The notes beneath the pieces are model-generated. The model saw only the letters and a list, made by a program, of their open reading frames with translations. It made no database searches and had not been told where the DNA came from. A stretch of 64,000 nucleotides of DNA, from NCBI GenBank assembly GCA_903822425.1, contig CAIJOY010000011.1, positions 3,408 through 67,407 of the forward strand, read 5' to 3'. Positions 56,274-64,000 of this stretch are shown in pieces. The DNA comes from an uncultured Actinomycetes bacterium (GTDB lineage: Bacteria; Actinomycetota; Actinomycetes; Nanopelagicales; Nanopelagicaceae). The position numbers and the translations under genes are program-made. The stretch's first letter is position 1; the number at the start of each line of letters is the position of its first letter.

Positions 56274-56909
56274 ATGGCCGAGATCAGCATCAATGGCGTG
56301 AGCCGTACCGAATTTGGTAAAGGCGCAGCACGTCGCGCACGTCGCGATGGATTAGTTCCTGCTGTTATCTACGGCCACGGTGCAAAGCCTGCACACATTG
56401 CGTTGCCTGCTCGCGAACTCGGCACCGCACTTAAGACCACCAACGTTCTCCTCGACATCGTTGTAGATGGCAAAACAGAATTAACTCTTCCTAAAGCAAT
56501 TGTTCGCCATGCTATTAAGGGCACTCTCGAGCACGTTGACCTTGTCATCGTTCGCCGTGGAGAGCGCGTTGTTGTCTCTGTCCCAATTCATACCTCTGGT
56601 GAATACGACCGCGACGGAATTCTTGAACACAACAACACAACAATTGAAGTTGAGACCGAAGCAACGTCGATCCCAGGCTTCTTGCCATTGGATCTCACTG
56701 GCCTAGTTGCTGGACTTTCACTCTATGCAGAAGATGTAAAGCTTCCTGCAGGCATGACACTTATCAGCGATCCTCGCATGGTAGTTGTTCATCTTTCAGT
56801 TCGCTCAAGCCATGATGATCTTGAAGTTGCAGCAGCACCTGCTGCAGATGGCGCAGCACCTGCTGCAGATGGCGCAGCACCTGCAGCAACTGAGAAGAAG
56901 GATGCCTAA
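56274..56909 (+). CDS. rplY: 50S ribosomal protein L25 / general stress protein Ctc
   Basis: 211 aa. It has an RTEFGKGAARRARR..LVPAVIYG N-terminus and an Ala/Pro-rich repetitive tail. Confidence 0.9.
   Translation: MAEISINGVSRTEFGKGAARRARRDGLVPAVIYGHGAKPAHIALPARELGTALKTTNVLLDIVVDGKTELTLPKAIVRHAIKGTLEHVDLVIVRRGERVVVSVPIHTSGEYDRDGILEHNNTTIEVETEATSIPGFLPLDLTGLVAGLSLYAEDVKLPAGMTLISDPRMVVVHLSVRSSHDDLEVAAAPAADGAAPAADGAAPAATEKKDA
56832..56888 (+). repeat. 21-bp tandem repeat (about 2.7 copies) inside the rplY 3' end
   Basis: GCAGCACCTGCTGCAGATGGC occurs at 56832-56852 and 56853-56873, with a partial third copy. It encodes AAPAADG AAPAADG AAPAA. Confidence 0.85.
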
Positions 56910-56959
56910 CTTACGCATTTAGTACGCTCTTTGATTGATTCGACAAGTACCCTGTAGCC

Positions 56960-57544
56960 ATGCCAAATGAGGTGTGGCTCGTCGTCGGATTAGGAAATCC
57001 AGGAGATGACTACACCTCCACCCGCCATAACATTGGCCAGATGGTTGTAGATGAATTAGCAACTCGTTATAAATCTCGATGGAGCACGCACAAATCTCGT
57101 ACCAGCGTTGCAGCGCTCAAAATTGGTGTTGGAGATGGCGCTGCTTCGGTCATTCTTGCTAAGTCTTTAGGTTTTATGAATGAAACCGGTGGACCCGTTA
57201 AGGCGCTCGCTTCTTTCTACAAAATCGAACCTGCACATGTGATTGTGATTCATGATGAACTAGACATCCCTTTTGCAGCGATACGAGCCAAAATTGCTGG
57301 CGGGGATAATGGACACAATGGATTGAAATCTCTGACATCTGCATTTACAACCGCTGAATATTTCAGAATTCGGATGGGGATTGGACGTCCAATGGGCCAA
57401 CAAGATCCCGGTGATTTCGTTCTCAAAACCTTCGCAAGTGCTGAGAAAAAAGCGCTACCTGAATTCATAGATCGGGGTGCGGATTCTGTCGAATCTCTTG
57501 TCACCCGAGGCCTCGAAATTACGCAACAAAATTTCAATATCTAA
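56960..57544 (+). CDS. pth: Peptidyl-tRNA hydrolase
   Basis: It has VVGLGNPG..Y..TRHNIG and GHNGLKS motifs. Confidence 0.93.
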   Translation: MPNEVWLVVGLGNPGDDYTSTRHNIGQMVVDELATRYKSRWSTHKSRTSVAALKIGVGDGAASVILAKSLGFMNETGGPVKALASFYKIEPAHVIVIHDELDIPFAAIRAKIAGGDNGHNGLKSLTSAFTTAEYFRIRMGIGRPMGQQDPGDFVLKTFASAEKKALPEFIDRGADSVESLVTRGLEITQQNFNI

Positions 57545-57603
57545 GATTTTCCGCATCAAATCTCTCTAGACGTCCAGGCTAGGGGTCTATTAAGATCGCC
57601 GCC

Positions 57604-58968
57604 ATGACCTCACGCAAAGATCACAAAATTATCCTCGAAGAATCCGAGATGCCAACTCAGTGGTACAACTTGATCGCTGATTTGCCATCACCGCCACCAC
57701 CACCGCTTCACCCAGGAACTCACGAACCTATTGGGCCAGAAGCACTTGCACCTTTGTTCCCAATGGAATTGATTATGCAGGAAGTCACTGCAGAGCGTTA
57801 CATCGATATTCCAGAAGCAGTACAAGAGATTTATCGTCTATGGCGTCCATCTCCACTCTTTCGTGCACATAATTTAGAAAAGGCACTTGGCACACCTGCT
57901 CGTATTTATTACAAATACGAAGGCGTAAGCCCTGCTGGTTCACACAAGCCAAATACTGCTGTGCCACAGGCTTATTACAACTCACAAGCAGGAATTAAGA
58001 AATTGACAACTGAAACTGGCGCCGGCCAGTGGGGCACTGCACTTTCATTTGCATGTGCACTATTTGGAATGGATCTTGAGGTTTGGCAAGTGGGTGCCTC
58101 TTACGATCAAAAGCCTTACCGCCGCATGATGATGGAACTCTTCGGCGCAAAGGTGCACCGTTCTCCATCTAACTTAACCCAAGCCGGTCGCGATCAATTA
58201 GCCAAAAATCCAAAACATACGGGTTCTTTGGGTATTGCAATCAGTGAAGCAGTAGAAGTGGCTGCACAAGATCCAGCAACCAATTACGCACTTGGTAGCG
58301 TGCTCAACCACGTACTGTTGCACCAGACAATCATCGGAGAAGAAGCCCTTAAGCAATTTGCCAAGGTGGGCGACTACCCAGATGTAATTGTTGGTTGCAC
58401 AGGCGGAGGTTCAAACTTTGCGGGTCTTTCCTTCCCATTTATTCGCGAAAATCTAACAAAGGGAAAGAAAACTCTCATTCGCGGAGCAGAGCCTGCTTCA
58501 TGCCCATCATTAACTCGCGGCGAATATCGCTATGACTTCGGTGACACCGCAGGAATGACTCCTTTGATGAAGATGCACACGTTGGGTCACGACTTTGTTC
58601 CAGACCCAATTCATGCTGGTGGCCTTCGCTATCACGGCATGGCTCCACTGATCTCACATGTGTATGAATTGGGATTAATGGATGCTGTGGCTGTTGGCCA
58701 ACTTGATTGCTTTGCTGCTGGTGTGCAATTTGCTCGTACTGAAGGAATTGTTCCGGCACCAGAGCCAACTCATGCTCTTGCTGAAATCATTCGTTTGGCA
58801 AAAGAATGCAAAGAAACCGGAGAAGAGAAAGTTCTTCTTACTGCCCTTTGTGGACATGGGCACTTTGACTTAGCTGCATACGATGCATATCTGGGTGGAA
58901 ACATGGTTGACCATAAACTCTCAGATGAATCTATTGCTGCAGCGATGGCAACCGTTCCACAGATCTAG
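57604..58968 (+). CDS. TrpB-like PLP enzyme (tryptophan synthase beta chain type 2, TrpB2)
   Basis: 454 aa. The N-terminal extension has PTQWYN. The PLP lysine lies in [11 protein letters not shown] and a GGGSNFAG loop is present. No trpA or other trp genes are nearby. Confidence 0.85.
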   Translation: MTSRKDHKIILEESEMPTQWYNLIADLPSPPPPPLHPGTHEPIGPEALAPLFPMELIMQEVTAERYIDIPEAVQEIYRLWRPSPLFRAHNLEKALGTPARIYYKYEGVSPAGSHKPNTAVPQAYYNSQAGIKKLTTETGAGQWGTALSFACALFGMDLEVWQVGASYDQKPYRRMMMELFGAKVHRSPSNLTQAGRDQLAKNPKHTGSLGIAISEAVEVAAQDPATNYALGSVLNHVLLHQTIIGEEALKQFAKVGDYPDVIVGCTGGGSNFAGLSFPFIRENLTKGKKTLIRGAEPASCPSLTRGEYRYDFGDTAGMTPLMKMHTLGHDFVPDPIHAGGLRYHGMAPLISHVYELGLMDAVAVGQLDCFAAGVQFARTEGIVPAPEPTHALAEIIRLAKECKETGEEKVLLTALCGHGHFDLAAYDAYLGGNMVDHKLSDESIAAAMATVPQI

Positions 58969-58969
58969 T

Positions 58970-61699
58970 TCAACCAGTATTACGCAGCCCTGCTGCGACG
59001 CCGTTGATGGTTAACAAAAGCGCGCGTCGTAGCAGGGGATCTGCATCAGGACCGGCATGACGAACACGTTCCAACAAATTTACCTGCAGAGAATGCAATG
59101 GGGCAAGGTAGGCATCTCGTACTTGCAGAGTTCGTGCTAACAGTGGTTGATCACCGAGAAGTTCACTCTTATTTGTTAATTTCAAAATTTCATCTTTGGT
59201 TAACTCAAATTCTGCGCGGATGGTGTTCAGAAAGTGTTGAAGTTCCTGTGGGACCAGACGAGAGACATACCGTTGTGCAGTATCTAGATCTGTCTTAGTC
59301 AGAGTCATCTCAACATTGCTAATGAAAGTCCTAAAGAAGTGCCACTCCTTCAGCATTTGCGCTAACACTTCGCTCTTGCCAGATTCACGTGCAGCTTTAA
59401 GGCCGCTACCCACGCCAAACCATCCGGGAACGATCTGTCGTGATTGTGTCCAACCAAAGACCCAAGGAATTGCTCGCAAACCTTCAAGGCCGATGCTGGC
59501 ATCTGGACGACGTGAAGGACGTGAGCCAAGAAAAAGTTCTCCGAGTTGTTCAACGGGAGTTGAAGCATAGAAATACGCTGGCAAATCTGGATGATCAACG
59601 AGGGCACGATATGAAGCAAAAGATTTCTCGCTCACAAGATCCATGCACTCATTCCACTGTGCAAGATCTTTTGGACTTTGGCGAGGGCCGCGATTGAGCA
59701 CCGTTGCCTCAAGTGCTGCTGCAAGGGAGAGCTCTACATTCTCACGAGCAAGTGAAGGCAGTGCGTATTTATCGCTGATAACTTCACCTTGTTCAGTCAT
59801 TTTGATTTGTCCATCTACCGAACCCCAAGGAAGTGCGATGAGTGCGTCATATGTTGGTCCGCCACCTCGGCCAACTGATCCACCTCGGCCGTGGAATAAA
59901 CGCAACTTCACACCATGTTTCATTGCAACATCGCGCAAGCGACGTTGAGCCCGGTGAATCTCCCATTGGCTCGTCGCAATTCCTGCATCTTTATTCGAGT
60001 CGGAATATCCAAGCATGACTTCTTGCACCTCACCCCGAGCTTTAACAAGGCTTCGGTAATGAGGTTGACTCAATAACGCTTCAAGAATGTGATCAGCAGA
60101 ACGAAGTTCGGCAACAGTTTCCAACAGTGGAGCAAATCCAATAAGTGCCTTACCTATTGTCAGATCTACAAGTCCAGCTTCTTTGGCAAGCACAACTGCA
60201 GCGAGTAAATCATCAGCACCCTTTGTCATCGAGACTATGTAGGTTTCAATTACTTCTGGCCCAAAACGATCAAGAAGATCTCCAATAGCCAAGAACGTAT
60301 CGAGAGTTTTCTTTCCTTGCGCATCTAAAGAATTGGAGTTGCAGTGGTTTGGTTTGAGTAATTCTGCGCTTAGTAATGCATATCGTTGATCAGGAGCCAA
60401 CGAGGCATAATCTTTTGAAATATATTGAGCAAGCAAGTGATGGTGTGCTTGTGCGTGTTCTCGAATATCCATGGTCGCATGAGTCAGACCAAATGCCGCA
60501 ACTGTGCGTATTGTGCGCTCAAGAAGGCCCGTGGCAATGAGTTCGCCTCGGTGAGCTAATAGTGAATCGCGCATCATGGTTAAATCTGCGAGAAGTTCAC
60601 GTGTGTCCTGATAGTCGCGGTGGGCTACATGCGGGCCACCTTTTGCATGGCGCTCTCTTGTGAGATTCAAGCGATGCACAATCGCAGTTGCTTTGAGGCG
60701 ATAAGGCTCTTCAGCATTAATTCTGCGATAGCGAGCTTCAATTTCAGGAATGTTTACTAAATCTTTTTGAACCGATTCAAGAAGCTCATCTGAAACTCCA
60801 GCAATGCGAGTAGAAATCGAAAGTATTTGGCGAATCTCCGCCATCGCAGCAAGAGTTACTCGAATCGAGTGGCCTACTTGCAGCACAATCGTTTGACGCG
60901 TGACATCTGCTGTCACATTTGGATTGCCATCTCGATCCCCACCTATCCAAGTTCCAAATGAGAGTGGACGGCTAGTTGGTGGTAAATCAAAACCAATGCG
61001 CTTCATTTCACGGGCAAGTTCATCCAGGACTTCAGGAATTGTTAACGTAAATAGATCATCAAGGTAATAAAGGGCGTTCATCGCTTCATCTAGCGGCTCT
61101 GGCGCCCCAAGCCTTAATTCATCAGTCTGCCAAAGTAGGTCCACAGTTTCTTCAAGACGGCGCTCTCGTACTGATGTGTGCTCGTTATCTAATAGGTCTG
61201 CAATTTGTCCCAACTTGCCAAGGATGGAACGACGAGCCGCTTCAGTTGGGTGCGCTGTAAAAACTGGGCGCACCATAAATTCTTCGAGCCAATGCTGAAT
61301 ATCTTTTTGCGAAATTTCATGGCCAACAACAGGATTTTCTTGCGCGTAAATTATCTTGTCAACTGCGCGGGTGAGCCAGGATCCACCAGTTGCTCGCGAG
61401 TGCGCCAATATGCGTGAGCGGTGTACTTGCTCGGCAACATTTGCAAGATGAAAGTAGGTACTAAAGGCGCGAACTAACTGCACCGTTTCTTCGACGCTAA
61501 CATTTGCCAGAAGTTCTTCTCCGCTACCTTCGCGCACAGATTTTCGTACTGCCTCAACTAATTCAAGAAGCTCGACACCTTCTTGACGCACCAATGATTG
61601 CCCGAGCAGGTCGCCCAGTTTTCGGACATCACTGCGTAGTTCAGCATCATCGCCAGATGGCTCTACGTAGGCGTTCTCGGCAGACATAGCGCTAATCAT
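58970..61699 (-). CDS. ppc: Phosphoenolpyruvate carboxylase
   Basis: It has VFTAHPTE, GYSDS.KDAG, FHGRGGSVGRGGGP and a C-terminal LLTINGVAAGLRNTG. I place the start at ATG 61699; alternatives are 61687 or TTG 61777. Confidence 0.92.
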   Translation of the reverse strand: MISAMSAENAYVEPSGDDAELRSDVRKLGDLLGQSLVRQEGVELLELVEAVRKSVREGSGEELLANVSVEETVQLVRAFSTYFHLANVAEQVHRSRILAHSRATGGSWLTRAVDKIIYAQENPVVGHEISQKDIQHWLEEFMVRPVFTAHPTEAARRSILGKLGQIADLLDNEHTSVRERRLEETVDLLWQTDELRLGAPEPLDEAMNALYYLDDLFTLTIPEVLDELAREMKRIGFDLPPTSRPLSFGTWIGGDRDGNPNVTADVTRQTIVLQVGHSIRVTLAAMAEIRQILSISTRIAGVSDELLESVQKDLVNIPEIEARYRRINAEEPYRLKATAIVHRLNLTRERHAKGGPHVAHRDYQDTRELLADLTMMRDSLLAHRGELIATGLLERTIRTVAAFGLTHATMDIREHAQAHHHLLAQYISKDYASLAPDQRYALLSAELLKPNHCNSNSLDAQGKKTLDTFLAIGDLLDRFGPEVIETYIVSMTKGADDLLAAVVLAKEAGLVDLTIGKALIGFAPLLETVAELRSADHILEALLSQPHYRSLVKARGEVQEVMLGYSDSNKDAGIATSQWEIHRAQRRLRDVAMKHGVKLRLFHGRGGSVGRGGGPTYDALIALPWGSVDGQIKMTEQGEVISDKYALPSLARENVELSLAAALEATVLNRGPRQSPKDLAQWNECMDLVSEKSFASYRALVDHPDLPAYFYASTPVEQLGELFLGSRPSRRPDASIGLEGLRAIPWVFGWTQSRQIVPGWFGVGSGLKAARESGKSEVLAQMLKEWHFFRTFISNVEMTLTKTDLDTAQRYVSRLVPQELQHFLNTIRAEFELTKDEILKLTNKSELLGDQPLLARTLQVRDAYLAPLHSLQVNLLERVRHAGPDADPLLRRALLLTINGVAAGLRNTG

Positions 61700-61801
61700 C
61701 TCAGGTGTTTTCTGCTCTAGACTCCTATCAGCCCCCCCATCTTCTTGGAGCGGGGTTAGTTGGCATTTACCGGCCAACTTATGTCAGATCGGAGGCTTGT
61801 G

Positions 61802-64000
61802 ATGCGTGGATTACTTCCCGTGCTCTCGCAAAACTCAGATATTGCCAACGCTCTGACAGATGCCGCCACCATCGTTGCTCCCACTGCCGTCTATCCATTT
61901 TTGCTTACTCTCTGTGCAAAAGATCGACCACTGATTGTTGTTACTGCATCGAGCAGAGGTGCTGAAGATTTAGCCGCAGAACTGCGCACACTGCATTCAA
62001 ATGTTTTTGAATTTCCTGCCTGGGAAACATTGCCTCACGAAAGACTAAGCCCGCGCAGCGATACTGTCGCAAAGAGAATTCATGCTCTTTACCAACTCGA
62101 GACTGCTCGGAGCAATCCAAGCCAAACACATCCGATTCTTGTTACACCTGCCCGAGGACTCATTCATCGTTTCATTGCAGATCTTGCAAAAAGTGAATTG
62201 GTTACGATCGAAAAAGGGGAAGAGCGCAGCCTTGAAGAACTTGTTGCCCACCTTTCATCGTTGTCATACACCCGTACAGACCTCGTCGAGCGCCGTGGAG
62301 ATTTTGCAGTGCGTGGAGGAATCGTCGATATTTTCTTACCATTATCAGCTCACCCGGTTCGAATAGATTTCTTTGGTGATGAGATCGAGGAATTAAGTTA
62401 TTTTGATGTCTCTGATCAACGAACAACATCTCCCGTCGTTGGAACTTTAGAAATTTACCCCTGCCGCGAACTTCTCTTGACCGATGCAGTCCGAGAACGT
62501 GCGACGAAATTAGCTAGCGAATTACCCCGTGCGAAAGAGATGTGTGATCGAATTTCAGAAGGCATAGTGACCGAAGGAATGGAATCCTTAATTCCGTTCT
62601 TGGTCGATGAGCAAGAGAACATCCTTCAACGTGGACTCCCAGGAACTCAAGTCATATTTCTTGATCAAGAAAGAATTCGTTCACGCTCTGCAGATCTTTT
62701 AAGTACAAATGAGGAATTCCTTGCTGCCTCCTGGTCCAATGCAGCAAATGGAGCACTTTCACCTTTAACCGATGGCCATGGCACATACATGTCATGGGAT
62801 GAAGTCAGCGATCAAATTACCGATCTGGGTATTCCATCTCGCAGTTTCAATTCATTTGGCAGTGATTTAGATGAAAACACGCATTTCCTCGATTGCTCAC
62901 CGATTGATCCCCTTCGAGGAAATAGCGAGCGGGCGATCTCATTAGTGAGTGATTCTCTGGCTCAAAATCACGCAGTGGTTTTCTCTGCACTTGGCGCAGG
63001 AATGGCAGAGCGTTTTGCAGACATCTTCCGAAATGCAGATTTACCCGTGCGCGTTATCCCAGAACTTAGTGCTCAACCAGTACGCGGAACAGTCCATGTC
63101 ACCACTTCAGGAATTAGTCATGGATTTCTTTCACATTCGGCGCAACTACTTTTCATCACCGAACGAGATCTATCTGGTAACAAAGGCGGCAATAAAGATG
63201 GCGATCGATTACCTTCTAAGAGAAAGCAAGCAGTTGATCCCCTAGAACTCAAAGCGGGAGATTTCGTTGTTCACGAACAGCACGGAATTGGGCGTTATAT
63301 TGAAATGGTTCACAGGACTACCGGCACAATTACTCGGGAATACCTGGTTATTGAATATGCATCAGCAAAGCGTGGCCAACCTGGAGATCGAATATTTGTT
63401 CCGACAGACACTCTCGAGCAAGTAAGTAAATACATCGGCGGAGAATCCCCTACGGTGCATCGCATCGGTAGCGGTGAATGGCAAAAGGCAAAAGGCCGAG
63501 CACGCAAAGCTGTTCGCCAAATTGCCGGAGAACTCATCCGTCTCTACGCTGCACGCACAAGTGCACCTGGTTTTGCTTTCTCACCTGACACACCGTGGCA
63601 AAGAGAACTCGAAGATGCTTTTTCCTATGTCGAGACCGCAGATCAACTTTCCACAATTGATGAAGTCAAAGCAGACATGGAACGGCCTTATCCAATGGAT
63701 CGAATTATTTGTGGAGATGTGGGATATGGCAAAACTGAGATCGCAATTCGCGCAGCATTTAAAGCAGTACAGGATGGTAAACAAGTCGCGGTTTTAGTTC
63801 CTACAACTCTTCTCGTCCAGCAACACTCAACGACTTTCTCAGAGCGTTATTCGGGATTTCCTGTCAAAGTTGCTGGCTTATCTCGTTTTAATAGCGCAAA
63901 GGAAAGTAAGGAAGTTCTTGAGGGTTTATCTGCAGGAACTGTTGATGTCATCATCGGCACGCATCGCTTGCTCTCATCGGATGTGAATTTCAAAGATTTA
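61802..64000 (+). CDS. mfd: Transcription-repair coupling factor Mfd (3' end outside window)
   Basis: This ORF is not in the ORF track because it is open-ended. Hand translation from ATG 61802 (GGAGG 6 nt upstream) gives MRGLLPVLSQNSD.... It continues through FVVHEQHGIGRYIEMV and Walker A DRIICGDVGYGKTEIAIRAAF. The frame is still open at 64000. Confidence 0.92.
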   Translation, partial: MRGLLPVLSQNSDIANALTDAATIVAPTAVYPFLLTLCAKDRPLIVVTASSRGAEDLAAELRTLHSNVFEFPAWETLPHERLSPRSDTVAKRIHALYQLETARSNPSQTHPILVTPARGLIHRFIADLAKSELVTIEKGEERSLEELVAHLSSLSYTRTDLVERRGDFAVRGGIVDIFLPLSAHPVRIDFFGDEIEELSYFDVSDQRTTSPVVGTLEIYPCRELLLTDAVRERATKLASELPRAKEMCDRISEGIVTEGMESLIPFLVDEQENILQRGLPGTQVIFLDQERIRSRSADLLSTNEEFLAASWSNAANGALSPLTDGHGTYMSWDEVSDQITDLGIPSRSFNSFGSDLDENTHFLDCSPIDPLRGNSERAISLVSDSLAQNHAVVFSALGAGMAERFADIFRNADLPVRVIPELSAQPVRGTVHVTTSGISHGFLSHSAQLLFITERDLSGNKGGNKDGDRLPSKRKQAVDPLELKAGDFVVHEQHGIGRYIEMVHRTTGTITREYLVIEYASAKRGQPGDRIFVPTDTLEQVSKYIGGESPTVHRIGSGEWQKAKGRARKAVRQIAGELIRLYAARTSAPGFAFSPDTPWQRELEDAFSYVETADQLSTIDEVKADMERPYPMDRIICGDVGYGKTEIAIRAAFKAVQDGKQVAVLVPTTLLVQQHSTTFSERYSGFPVKVAGLSRFNSAKESKEVLEGLSAGTVDVIIGTHRLLSSDVNFKDL

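Noticed and set aside
56832-56888. Tandem 21-bp repeats as a possible CRISPR or minisatellite locus.
   Set aside because: There are only about 2.7 contiguous copies with no spacers. They lie entirely in-frame within rplY and encode an Ala/Pro-rich tail. No CRISPR-like repeat-spacer architecture was seen anywhere in the window.

Overview
This window is a 64-kb stretch of a very compact actinobacterial chromosome with moderate to low GC. The taxonomic call rests on gene order, which matches core Mycobacterium/Corynebacterium synteny blocks: mshA-ybjN-gpmA-phoU/senX3-regX3; lpqE-like-carD-ispF-cysS-rlmB; murT-gatD; CIRCE-groEL2; serC-pdxH/citA; fmdB...5-FCL-glp-rimJ-sepX/glpR; pmt-rsmI-metG-tatD-rsmA-ispE; glmU-prs-rplY-pth; ppc/mfd. 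Tight packing, small intergenic gaps and the modest GC suggest a streamlined free-living actinobacterium, possibly of the freshwater acI/Nanopelagicales type. That lineage guess is inference only. I support about 66 protein-coding genes (3 of them sub-40-aa candidates missed by the ORF track), 4 tRNAs (Thr-TGT, Arg-CCT, Ala-CGC, Gln-TTG), one CIRCE operator, one clear intrinsic terminator and several short repeats. I saw no rRNA, CRISPR array, transposase, integrase, prophage or recognisable defence or toxin-antitoxin module. The window is essentially housekeeping, and I did not find a convincing new multi-gene system. The items most worth a second look are: (1) a gephyrin-like divisome pair (Glp plus SepX/GlpR) in which Glp has lost about 100 residues and its molybdotransferase signatures; (2) a CopC-CopD/CtaG pair whose CopC lacks both canonical Cu(II) histidines; (3) three unannotated small ORFs, each nearly filling its gap or translationally coupled to a neighbour; (4) helically phased short repeats in the lpqE-like/carD and phoU/senX3 control regions; (5) convergent genes that repeatedly share or overlap stop codons, leaving no room for terminators.
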